A DNA stretch of 35,160 bases from Clostridiales bacterium (GTDB lineage: Bacteria; Bacillota; Clostridia; Oscillospirales; CAG-272), in contig JAEEJM010000021.1 in assembly GCA_016281895.1 (NCBI GenBank), positions 1-35,160 on the forward strand. The letters are read 5' to 3'. The notes beneath the pieces are model-generated. The model saw only the letters and a list, made by a program, of their open reading frames with translations, had not been told where the DNA came from and made no database searches. Positions 16,275-23,887 of the stretch are shown here, piece by piece. Both the position numbers and the translations under genes were made by a program. The stretch's first letter is position 1. Every line of letters starts with the position of its first letter.

Positions 16275-17297
16275 TCAGTCCTCTCTTCTTCTCCTGACGG
16301 TGAAGAAGGCAGCGCCGGCGGCCATTATCGCGACCGCTGCGGTGACGAACCAGACGGCGTTGTCGCCGGTGGCGGGAGCGGTGGTCCCGGAACCGGATCC
16401 GCCCTGGGAGGCGTCTCCGCTGGCGGAAGTGGTGGTTTCGGATTCGCTCTGAGAAGCGACCGCTTCATATACGTTGAACTCGGTGAGTCTGGCGCAGTAC
16501 CAGAAGCCATCGACCTTGGGCAGATTGTTCGCGGCATCTCTTCTGGAGCTGACGCAGGCGTAGGCAATGTTGGTGACGCCCTTGTAAGTCTGCTTGAAGT
16601 CCGCGGAAAGCGTCCTGTACCAGTAGAAGTCAGTTGCGGGGTCGCTGCCCTGGACATGTTCCCAGTCGCCGCCTTTGTCTTTGAGCCAGAAAGAAGCCTG
16701 CATACCTTCCGTGGTGTCGTTGCCGTCCGCGTCCTTTTTGATGTTCAGTCTTGTGGACTCATAGGCGACGGTCCAGGTATTGCCGCCGTCCTGGGAAACC
16801 AGGATGTCGAAAGCCGAATCCGCCCACCATTCGGCAATGGGATAATTGATTATGTCTGTTTCTCCGCTCCAGAAGAGCTGGAAGCTGTCGACGTCGCAGG
16901 AAAGATCACTATACTGAATGTCGTAGAGATATTTTTTCGTGGAACCGTCGGCAAGCTTGAATTCAATGGTTCCCCCCTCTTTTTCAATCCGTGTGGCATA
17001 TTGAACTTGAGCTGCATAAGCTGTGCTGCTTGAATCGAGAGCCCAGACCTCGTTAAGATACTGCGCCTTTCTATTATTGTCAGGACTCCAGATAGTGCCG
17101 TCGGTGAGTTTCTTGTCGACCACTCCATTCGGTTTTTCGCCGTAAAGCTTGCCCTCCTTGCCGCTAAGGACGTCGACCTTGGTGCCGAGATCCTCTTTGA
17201 TCGGAGCCGTGGCCCAGTTTACAGTCGCTGCAAAAGCCGCGGGAGCGAAAGCAAGGATCATGAGCGCCGCGAGAATGATGCTGATAGCTCTTTTCAT
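16275..17297 (-). CDS. Surface protein P1: discoidin (F5/8 type C)-like ectodomain with a TGDN-type sortase-like C-terminal anchor
   Basis: Signal peptide MKRAISIILAALMILAFAPAAFA. Motifs AFDILVSQDGGNTWTVAYESTRL and ARLTEFNVYE resemble discoidin/CBM32 domains. The tail is APATGDNAVWFVTAAVAIMAAGAAFFTVRRRRED. Confidence 0.75.
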   Translation of the reverse strand: MKRAISIILAALMILAFAPAAFAATVNWATAPIKEDLGTKVDVLSGKEGKLYGEKPNGVVDKKLTDGTIWSPDNNRKAQYLNEVWALDSSSTAYAAQVQYATRIEKEGGTIEFKLADGSTKKYLYDIQYSDLSCDVDSFQLFWSGETDIINYPIAEWWADSAFDILVSQDGGNTWTVAYESTRLNIKKDADGNDTTEGMQASFWLKDKGGDWEHVQGSDPATDFYWYRTLSADFKQTYKGVTNIAYACVSSRRDAANNLPKVDGFWYCARLTEFNVYEAVASQSESETTTSASGDASQGGSGSGTTAPATGDNAVWFVTAAVAIMAAGAAFFTVRRRRED

Positions 17298-17414
17298 TGT
17301 TTTTCTCCTTATCGTTTATCCGGGATCAGAAACCCGGGAAGAATAAACCGTACGGGCGGAACTGCCGCGGTCGCGCCTTGGCGCGCATCCCGTGCAAGAC
17401 CTTGTGCCACTACT

Positions 17415-17443
17415 AGTATATATCACTATCTTATGATAGTCAA
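17415..17443 (-). promoter_or_regulatory. Promoter of P1
   Basis: Minus strand reads TTGACT (17438-17443), a 17-nt spacer, then TATACT (17415-17420). An ACTATC/GATAGT inverted repeat lies in the spacer. Confidence 0.5.
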
Positions 17444-17662
17444 GACTTTTAATAAAAAACACACCCTCCGATACAGCTTTTTTCACCGTTTTTTCAGTAC
17501 TCTTTCATACTGTTGTCGGACCTGTCCAAATCACGGCCCCGCCGGATGTGCACAGTGAACAAAACAGGCTGAAACAGGCTGAAGCGGCCCATGACCGGAG
17601 GCAGAAACAGATCCCGGGCACGGAAACCAAGGCCGGCGGCTTCGGAAGAGTTCCGTCCGGAC

Positions 17663-17704
17663 GAACGGAGGCCCCGGCGGACGGATCCGCCGGGGCCTCC
17701 GTTC
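17663..17704 (-). terminator. 18-bp GC hairpin downstream of P2
   Basis: gaacggaggccccggcgg (17663-17680) pairs perfectly with ccgccggggcctccgttc (17687-17704). There is no U-tract. Confidence 0.5.
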
Positions 17705-17751
17705 CGCGCTTTGCGCGGGAACGAGTTATCCGGAAGCTTCAGGCTGTCCCG

Positions 17752-18816
17752 TCAGCTTCTTTTTCTGCGGAAGACGACCGCGCCGGCCGCGGCTACCGCG
17801 AGAACGGGGAGCAGGGCAACGGAGTTCTTGCAGCCCTTCTTCTCCTCCTTGGGGGCCTCGGTGGCGGGAGCCTGGGTGGCCGGAGCCTGAGTCTCGGGGG
17901 CCTTGGTCTCGGGGGCCTTGGTCTCGGGAGCCTGGGTCTCGGGGGCCTTGGTCTCGGGGGCCTGGGTCTCGGACTCGGCGGCCAGCTTGTGGTTGGTTCC
18001 GTATACGTCGAACTCGGTGATCCTGGCGATGTAGTAGAAGGCGTTGGAGGTGAACGTGGTGGTTATGCCTTCACGCCTGGGGTTGACGCAGCCGTAGGCG
18101 ATGTTGGTGACGCCGGTGTACTCCTTGTTGAAGTCGGCGACGATATACCTGTACCAGTAGTACTCGGTATCGGTGGCCTTCTCGACATGGGTCCAGTCGC
18201 CGCCCTTGTCAACGGTGAACGCCGACATCTTGTCGACGACAGTTTTGCCCTCGGCGTCGGTGGTCCAGGTGAGTCTGGTGGACTCCCATGCCACGGTCCA
18301 GGTCTGGCCGTTGTCCTGGGAGACCAGGATGTCGAAAGCGGCGTCGGCCTGCCACTCGGCTACGGGCTTGTCACCGACGGAATAGTCGTTCTCGTTGCTC
18401 CACCAGATGGCGAAGCTGCGGACGTCGCAGTCGAGGCCTTCGAAATCCCACTCGTAGAAGTACTTCTTGACGGTGCCGTCGGTCATGGTGAACTCGCAGG
18501 TGCGGATGTCGTTCTTCTCGTCGTTGGTGGCGACTTCGACGGCGGAGGTGTCGCCGTCCTTCTTCTGCCAGGACTTGTTGATGTACTGGGCGGAGCCTTC
18601 CAGAGGCCTGCAGACGATGCCGTCGGTGAGGACGCCGCTTCCGTCGGGGCTGAACTCCTGGGTCGGAGCGTTCACAACGGCGATCTCGCCGTCAAGCACG
18701 TCGACCTTCCCGCCGAGATCAGCGTGGATGTAACCGTCTTCCGCCAGTGCGAAAGCAGGGACAGCCATGGAGAGCGCCAGCACGGCGATAAGAGCGAGAT
18801 AGAGTGCTTTTTTCAT
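17752..18816 (-). CDS. Surface protein P2: discoidin-like ectodomain, ETQAP/ETKAP linker, KKGC-TM-RRKR tail
   Basis: Signal peptide MKKALYLALIAVLALSMAVPAFA with AAGGAG upstream. It has FDILVSQDNGQTWTVAWESTRL and ARITEFDVYG. The tail is KKGCKNSVALLPVLAVAAAGAVVFRRKRS. Confidence 0.8.
   Translation of the reverse strand: MKKALYLALIAVLALSMAVPAFALAEDGYIHADLGGKVDVLDGEIAVVNAPTQEFSPDGSGVLTDGIVCRPLEGSAQYINKSWQKKDGDTSAVEVATNDEKNDIRTCEFTMTDGTVKKYFYEWDFEGLDCDVRSFAIWWSNENDYSVGDKPVAEWQADAAFDILVSQDNGQTWTVAWESTRLTWTTDAEGKTVVDKMSAFTVDKGGDWTHVEKATDTEYYWYRYIVADFNKEYTGVTNIAYGCVNPRREGITTTFTSNAFYYIARITEFDVYGTNHKLAAESETQAPETKAPETQAPETKAPETKAPETQAPATQAPATEAPKEEKKGCKNSVALLPVLAVAAAGAVVFRRKRS
17851..17970 (-). repeat. 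15-nt tandem repeat (8 units) encoding the P2 Pro/Thr/Glu linker
   Basis: Units of the form gggggccttggtctc run in register from 17851 and encode (E/A)T(Q/K)AP. Confidence 0.85.
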
Positions 18817-18893
18817 GTCTTTCTCCTTTTTTTGCTGTTAACTATCGGGCAAAAAGCTACCCGACGTGAGAACAAATATGTTCATACGTAACA

Positions 18894-18922
18894 ATTATAC
18901 ACTCGGAGGGCGGGATTGTCAA
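18894..18922 (-). promoter_or_regulatory. Consensus promoter of P2
   Basis: Minus strand reads TTGACA (18917-18922), a 17-nt spacer, then TATAAT (18894-18899) preceded by TGt. Confidence 0.7.
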
Positions 18923-18983
18923 GGGCGAACGGAAAAAGGGATGATGAAAAAATGAAGACGGGAAGAAGACGGCATGAAGAAGG

Positions 18984-19017
18984 AAAAAAGCGCGGCGCCG
19001 CACGGGGCGGCGCCGCG
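18984..19017 (-). terminator. Rho-independent terminator after P3
   Basis: The stem pairs cgcggcgccgc with gcggcgccgcg (18991-19017). On the minus strand it is followed by TTTTTT (plus 18984-18989). Confidence 0.7.
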
Positions 19018-19040
19018 GATGAGTTTATCCGGCAGTGGGC

Positions 19041-20093
19041 TTATTTCCTTTTTCTGCGGAAGACGGCCGCGCCGGCCGCGGCTGCCGCGAGAACGGGAAG
19101 CAGGGCGGCAAAGCTGCCGCAGCCCTTCTTCTCCTCCTTGGGGGCCTCGGTGGCCGGAGCCTGGGTGGCGGGAGCCTGGGTCTCGTGGGCCTGGGTGTCC
19201 GGAGCCTGGGTCCCGGGGGCCTTGGTCTCGGGAGCCTGGGTATCCGGAGCCTGGGTCTCGGGGGCCTGGGTCTCGGGCTCGGTCTCGACGGCCTTATGGT
19301 TGGTGCCGTACACGTCGAACTCGGTTATCCTGGCGATGTAGTAGAAGGGGTTGTTTGTGAAGACGGGCGTCGCGCTCTCGCGCCTGGCGTTGACGCAGCC
19401 GTAGGCGATGTTGGTGACTCCGGTGTACTCCTTGTTGAAGTCGGCGCTGATGTACCTGTACCAGTAGTACTCGGTGTCGGTGGCCTTCTCGACGTGGGTC
19501 CAGTCGCCGCCCTGTTCGACTGTGAACGCGGACATCTTGTCGACGGTCTTGTTGCCCTCGGCGTCGGTGGTCCAGGTGAGTCTCGTGGACTCCCATGCAA
19601 CGGACCAGGTCTGGCCGCCGTCCTGGGAGACCAGGATGTCGAAAGCGGCGTCGGCCTGCCATACGGCGACCACGGATTCGGGGACGGAGTAATCCTTCTC
19701 GTTGCTCCACCAGATGGAGAAGCTGCTGACGTCGCAGTCAAGGCCTTCGAAGTCCCACTCGTAGTAGTACTTCTTGACGGTGCCGTCTGTCATGGTGAAC
19801 TCGCAGGTGGCGTTGCCGGCGTTCTCGGCCTCGGTGGCCTCGGCGACGCTGCCGATCCAGCTCTTGTTGAAGTACATGGAGCTTTCAAGGGGCTTGCAGA
19901 TGATGCCGTCGGTGAGTCTGTCGTCAGAGTCCGGAGCGAAGTCTTTGTTGGGAGCGTTCAGCACGGCGATCTCGCCGTCGAGGACGTCGACCTTCCCGCC
20001 AAGTTCCGGGTAGACATAGTCGAACGCGGCGGCCGGGACGGCCAGAGACAGAGCAAGCAGCACGGCAAAGGTGAGTAACAGTGCTTTTTTCAT
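19041..20093 (-). CDS. Surface protein P3, a close paralog of P2
   Basis: Long stretches are identical to P2 (TCEFTMTDGTVKKY.YEWDFEGLDCDV.SF.IWWSNE.DYSV; GGDWTHVEKATDTEYYWYRYI.ADFNKEYTGVTNIAYGCVN). The tail is KKGCGSFAALLPVLAAAAAGAAVFRRKRK. Confidence 0.8.
   Translation of the reverse strand: MKKALLLTFAVLLALSLAVPAAAFDYVYPELGGKVDVLDGEIAVLNAPNKDFAPDSDDRLTDGIICKPLESSMYFNKSWIGSVAEATEAENAGNATCEFTMTDGTVKKYYYEWDFEGLDCDVSSFSIWWSNEKDYSVPESVVAVWQADAAFDILVSQDGGQTWSVAWESTRLTWTTDAEGNKTVDKMSAFTVEQGGDWTHVEKATDTEYYWYRYISADFNKEYTGVTNIAYGCVNARRESATPVFTNNPFYYIARITEFDVYGTNHKAVETEPETQAPETQAPDTQAPETKAPGTQAPDTQAHETQAPATQAPATEAPKEEKKGCGSFAALLPVLAAAAAGAAVFRRKRK
19140..19274 (-). repeat. 15-nt tandem repeat (9 units) encoding the P3 linker
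   Basis: Same repeat family as 17851-17970 but with one more unit and different variants. Confidence 0.85.
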
Positions 20094-20196
20094 GGGTCTC
20101 TCCTTTTTTTGTTTTTGTACCGGGCCGAACGGACCCGGCCGGGATGAATGCGCGGCCGCGGGTCATGCTCCCGCGCCGGCGCCCCGGCCGGTATTA

Positions 20197-20219
20197 CGTC
20201 GGACGGAAACCGACGTTTT
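20197..20219. terminator. Short hairpin between P4 and P3
   Basis: cgtcgg (20197-20202) pairs with ccgacg (20210-20215). The T-run is on the plus strand only, so it is at best a weak terminator for the minus-strand genes. Confidence 0.25.
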
Positions 20220-20223
20220 CAGA

Positions 20224-21288
20224 TTATTCGTACCTGCGGCGTCTGACGACGAAGGTCCCTACGGCGGCTGCCATGGCAAGTATGGCGGCGCCGGCGAACC
20301 AGACGGCGTTGTCGCCGGTCGGGGCGGAGGGAGCGGGAGTGCCGGAACCGGAGGAGGCGGGCTGAGCGTTCACGATCTCTTCATAGCTGAGGCCTACGCC
20401 CTCGACCAGCCTGAGGTTGTTGCAGTAATTGTGGCGCTCGTAGCCGTCTCTGCAGGATACGCCGAGCACGATGTCGGCGCCGTCCTCGGCGGTGTAGGTT
20501 ACCGCGCTGCCTTCGCTGTCGGCCTTGACCCATTTGTTCTGACCGTCGAGGTACCAGGCGCTCACGTCGAGGCCCTTGTATTCGACCTTCCAGGCGGTGA
20601 AGAAGACTCCGCCGGGATGGGTCTCGGTGGCATTCTCGTTGTTGATGGAGGAGCAGTTGTCGTTAAAGCCCGCGGGAAGCGCGATGTCGATGCGCTTCGG
20701 GTGTGAGGTGAGGCGGTGATCATCGGAGTAGCCCGTGCCGAGCAGGGTGTCGTCGCAGCTGTTGCGGTCATAGCAGAAGAAGGTCTCGGTCCATCTCTTG
20801 CCGTTGGCGTCCTTGGTGTCGCCCTCGTCGGAATAATGACCGGAGAGCATCACTATGCGCTTGTGGACGGGGATGCTGTCGTTGCCTTTCTCATCGTCGT
20901 CGGTCTTGGGATCGAAGTCGCCCGGCTCGCGCATGATGACTATGCCGGAGTATTTGGTGTGGTGCGGGGAGGCCGCTTCGAAATAAATGGTGTAATTGGT
21001 GTTCGCGGAGATCTTGTAGCCGGTCTCTTCGAAGTAGCAGAGCTGGCCGTCTTTGTCGCCGGTGGATTTCACGGGAAGGAGCAGATCCGAGGTGGAATTG
21101 GACAGGTCGTATTTCTCCTCGAATTTGACGGTCTTTCCCTTCCAGTAGTCGACGGTCACGAATTTGTCCTTGTCGGCTATCCAGTCGACTTTGAACAGGA
21201 GGTCGCCTTTTTTTGCCGAGGCCGTGACCGGAACGAACAGGGCCGCCGCCATGGCAAGAAGGATTACGAAAACGATCGCTTTTTTCAT
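20224..21288 (-). CDS. Surface protein P4: unrelated ectodomain with the same TGDN-type tail as P1
   Basis: I chose the start at 21286-21288 (MKKAIVFVILLAMAAALFVPVTASA) because it follows AGGAG; the ORF-track start at 21426 adds 46 implausible residues. The tail is SAPTGDNAVWFAGAAILAMAAAVGTFVVRRRRYE. Confidence 0.75.
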   Translation of the reverse strand: MKKAIVFVILLAMAAALFVPVTASAKKGDLLFKVDWIADKDKFVTVDYWKGKTVKFEEKYDLSNSTSDLLLPVKSTGDKDGQLCYFEETGYKISANTNYTIYFEAASPHHTKYSGIVIMREPGDFDPKTDDDEKGNDSIPVHKRIVMLSGHYSDEGDTKDANGKRWTETFFCYDRNSCDDTLLGTGYSDDHRLTSHPKRIDIALPAGFNDNCSSINNENATETHPGGVFFTAWKVEYKGLDVSAWYLDGQNKWVKADSEGSAVTYTAEDGADIVLGVSCRDGYERHNYCNNLRLVEGVGLSYEEIVNAQPASSGSGTPAPSAPTGDNAVWFAGAAILAMAAAVGTFVVRRRRYE

Positions 21289-21449
21289 GGTTTCTCTCCT
21301 TGTATGAATGATATTGATGAAAAACATCAATGGGTGACCGGAATGAACGCGGCAGTAAAAAGCATATGACCGCGGAACGGCGGCAGCGGAGCAACGGAAA
21401 AATCCGGAAAGCTGTGCTCCCGGCACGCGCCGTTCTCACTTTTAACACG

Positions 21450-21478
21450 ATTCTATCACAAAAACCACGGGTTGTCAA
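21450..21478 (-). promoter_or_regulatory. Promoter of P4
   Basis: Minus strand reads TTGACA (21473-21478), a 17-nt spacer, then TAGAAT (21450-21455) preceded by TGa. The leader of about 150 nt contains the hairpin ATTGATG-5 nt-CATCAAT (21313-21331) next to the RBS. Confidence 0.65.
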
Positions 21479-21496
21479 GCCGTTCCTGCATCCGTG

Positions 21497-22213
21497 TCAG
21501 ATGGATTTTTTCGAAAGATAGTATACAGGCGGCATGCCCCCGGCGTAGAGATGCCCGATGTCCCCGAACGTGGCGAGCCGCGGCGACGTCACCGTGCCCG
21601 CATCGGCATTGTCGAAGAGGAAGGACGTCACTCCGGTGTAATTGGAGCCTATGGCCGAACCGAAGTAGTTGTAAGGGATGTGCAGCAGATGCGACATGAT
21701 GACCCTGCCCATGCCCGCGTGGGCGAACAGGACCACGTGGCGGTCGCTGCCCCCGGTGACCTCGTAGAAGCCCTCGGGAGTGCGGCGGTAGCCGTTCTCC
21801 GCCAGCAGGGCGTCAAGGCCTTCCGAGATCTCGCGGTAGCGCTCGGGAAAGCCGCTGTCGTTGAGGCCGGGGACCTCCAGCAGCTCCTCGCCGACCGCCA
21901 GGCGGCGGAAGCTCTCCCCGTGCAGATAGGTCACCGGGAGGTTCGATATCGCCTTCGGGACGCCGTCGGGGTAGGTCGTCTTAGACTCGCCGGAGAGCTC
22001 GCGGGCCCACTCGCACACCGTGACCCCGAGACCCAGGGCCTCGGCGAGGGGCGCGGCGGTCTCCCTGGCCCGCCCCATGGGCGACGAGTATATGCGGTCG
22101 GCTCCGCTTATGAGCATCCGCCGCGCGCACAGCCGCGCCTGTTCGATCCCCTCCGGCTTGAGGGTGTCCGTTACGTAATCGGGTTTTCCGTGTCTGATAA
22201 GATAAAAAACCAT
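21497..22213 (-). CDS. Histidine phosphatase family protein (phosphoglycerate mutase-like)
   Basis: The N-terminal LIRHGKP motif (RHG catalytic motif) and a later HAG histidine are present. Confidence 0.85.
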   Translation of the reverse strand: MVFYLIRHGKPDYVTDTLKPEGIEQARLCARRMLISGADRIYSSPMGRARETAAPLAEALGLGVTVCEWARELSGESKTTYPDGVPKAISNLPVTYLHGESFRRLAVGEELLEVPGLNDSGFPERYREISEGLDALLAENGYRRTPEGFYEVTGGSDRHVVLFAHAGMGRVIMSHLLHIPYNYFGSAIGSNYTGVTSFLFDNADAGTVTSPRLATFGDIGHLYAGGMPPVYYLSKKSI

Positions 22214-22304
22214 GTTCAGTCTTCTTTCAGGCCGTTATTTGTAAGGCCGTTATTTCAAAAAATAGAATTCAATAATCGATCTGCCGGCCGTCATACTCGG
22301 CCCG

Positions 22305-22742
22305 TCATTTCCCGCCGTCAGGTCTCCCTGACCCGACGCGCTCGGCGACGTATGCGGCGACGGCGGCGCAAAGCAGGCAGAGACCCGCGGCCGCGTAGAG
22401 GACCATAAGGCGGTTCGATGTGCCGTATATGTCAAGCACTCCCCTCAGCAGGCAGCCGAGCGTCAGCACGGCCACGGCATAGGTCTGGAACCTCGACGAC
22501 AGCCTGCCCGGAGGCGGTATGACTCCGGCCGCGCTCAGGGCCCACGGCAGGGCGCCGCAGAACAGCGGTACGGCGAAGGCGTAGACCATGTAATACGACC
22601 AGACTCCGTGTCCGAAGTGCTCGTAGACCGCGCCGAAGAGGGCAAAGAACGCCGAGGCGCAGACGTAGACGAGCGTCCTGCGCTGCGGCCGCGTGCGGTC
22701 CCGGACCTCGCGCGGAGGGCGAGGCTCAGCCGATATAAACAA
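22305..22742 (-). CDS. Small integral membrane protein, unknown function
   Basis: About four hydrophobic helices follow an Arg-rich N-terminus. The start is a TTG that overlaps the upstream gene's stop by 17 nt, so the exact start is uncertain. Confidence 0.5.
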   Translation of the reverse strand: MFISAEPRPPREVRDRTRPQRRTLVYVCASAFFALFGAVYEHFGHGVWSYYMVYAFAVPLFCGALPWALSAAGVIPPPGRLSSRFQTYAVAVLTLGCLLRGVLDIYGTSNRLMVLYAAAGLCLLCAAVAAYVAERVGSGRPDGGK

Positions 22743-23802
22743 TGTCGCTCACCTTCCTTTCGCTCACCTTGTATCCTCCGGACGAGGTGGTGTTCAGGAC
22801 CCTGCCGTTGAAATACAGCGTGGACGAGCCTCCCCCGTCGAGGTTGTACGCCGTGCGGACCCCGAGCCGGAGCATGAAATCCGCCAGCTCGTACAGCGAC
22901 AGGCCGGCGTTGCCGGTGGTCCTGCCGTCCGAGACGACAAAGACGTAATGCAGCGGCTCAATGATCCCCACCGCCGTCCGCGGGTTGCTGGCAGCCGCCT
23001 TGGCGACCTCGTCCCTGAGGCCGACGGATATCGCTCCGTCCTCTATCAGCCCCGGCCCGAACGACAGGACTTGCAGCGCGCCGGCCGCGGCAAGGGCCTC
23101 GCAGGTAGTCTTGCCCTCGTCGACGATGAGAAAGCTCCCGTCGGACATTATTGCCAGGTCCTCCTGGCCGGCCGTCCCCGATGTTCGGTAGACGCGGCCG
23201 TTCCGCAGGACGAAGCCCCGCTCGCGCGAGCCGTAATAGTCGCCGTTGACCGCCAGGACGGCGCCGCAAGAGGCCGCCATGTCGGAGGTCGTCGCCGTGA
23301 TGTTCCGCCCGTAGGTGTTCCTGGCGAAGGCGGTCTTGAGATAAGACAGGTCCGACAGAGTCACGTCGGCGACGTAGATGTTCGTGCCGTACTCGCGGTC
23401 CCGCGAGATGACGACGCGGATGCTGCCGTCCCGATACTCGTCGTCCGTGATCACGGGCCCGGAGGGAAAGGTCTGCGCTTCGGTCTGCGAGGACGGATGC
23501 TCATTGTCATTCCCGGGCGTCTGCGACGGCTGCTCAGTGTCATTCCCGGGCGTCTGCGACGGCTGCTCGGGGTCCTGTCCGGAGATCTGTCCGGATGACC
23601 TGTCCGTGCCCGGCGCCTGTCCGCTCCCGGCGGCGTCCCGCCCAGGCTGAGAGCCGGAGGGCGATGCCCCGAGCGGCAGACCCGAGGGCTCGCCGCCCTC
23701 GGCCGTCAGCACCCGCTCTATTACGAAGGTGTCGAGGACCACATACAGCGTGAGGGCGGCAAGCAGTATCACGAAAAGAATGTCCCAGCCGTGTTTTCTC
23801 AT
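22726..23802 (-). CDS. Phosphodiester glycosidase (NAGPA/DUF2233) family protein, membrane anchored
   Basis: I chose the start at 23800-23802 (MRKHGWDILFVILLAALTLYVVL) because it follows AGGAGG. Family-like motifs are AVNGDYYG, GPGLIEDG, PRTAVG and YNLDGGGSS. The linker contains a 33-bp direct repeat (23505-23568) encoding EQPSQTPGND twice. Confidence 0.8.
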   Translation of the reverse strand: MRKHGWDILFVILLAALTLYVVLDTFVIERVLTAEGGEPSGLPLGASPSGSQPGRDAAGSGQAPGTDRSSGQISGQDPEQPSQTPGNDTEQPSQTPGNDNEHPSSQTEAQTFPSGPVITDDEYRDGSIRVVISRDREYGTNIYVADVTLSDLSYLKTAFARNTYGRNITATTSDMAASCGAVLAVNGDYYGSRERGFVLRNGRVYRTSGTAGQEDLAIMSDGSFLIVDEGKTTCEALAAAGALQVLSFGPGLIEDGAISVGLRDEVAKAAASNPRTAVGIIEPLHYVFVVSDGRTTGNAGLSLYELADFMLRLGVRTAYNLDGGGSSTLYFNGRVLNTTSSGGYKVSERKVSDIVYIG

Positions 23803-23849
23803 GAGCCCCTCCTTTTCGCGGTCTGCCGGTCGCGCCGGCCGTATAAAAC

Positions 23850-23878
23850 ATTTTATCATAAAACGGCGGGAAATACAA
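23850..23878 (-). promoter_or_regulatory. Candidate promoter of the NAGPA operon
   Basis: Minus strand reads TTGTAT (23873-23878), a 17-nt spacer, then TAAAAT (23850-23855). Confidence 0.4.
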
Positions 23879-23887
23879 AGGTTTTTT

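Noticed and set aside
17444-17662. A possible small ORF or sRNA in the 220 bp between the P2 terminator and the P1 promoter. This includes a 33-codon ATG ORF on the minus strand and the ACAGGCTGAA direct repeat.
   Set aside because: There is no RBS in front of the small ORF and no promoter/terminator pair delimiting an sRNA. The 10-nt duplication is too short to interpret.
17752-20093. A diversity-generating retroelement or invertible-promoter phase variation acting on the P2/P3 paralogs.
   Set aside because: The window has no reverse transcriptase, no template-repeat copy and no recombinase. I could find no inverted repeats bracketing the promoters. Differences between P2 and P3 are spread along the genes rather than confined to one variable region.
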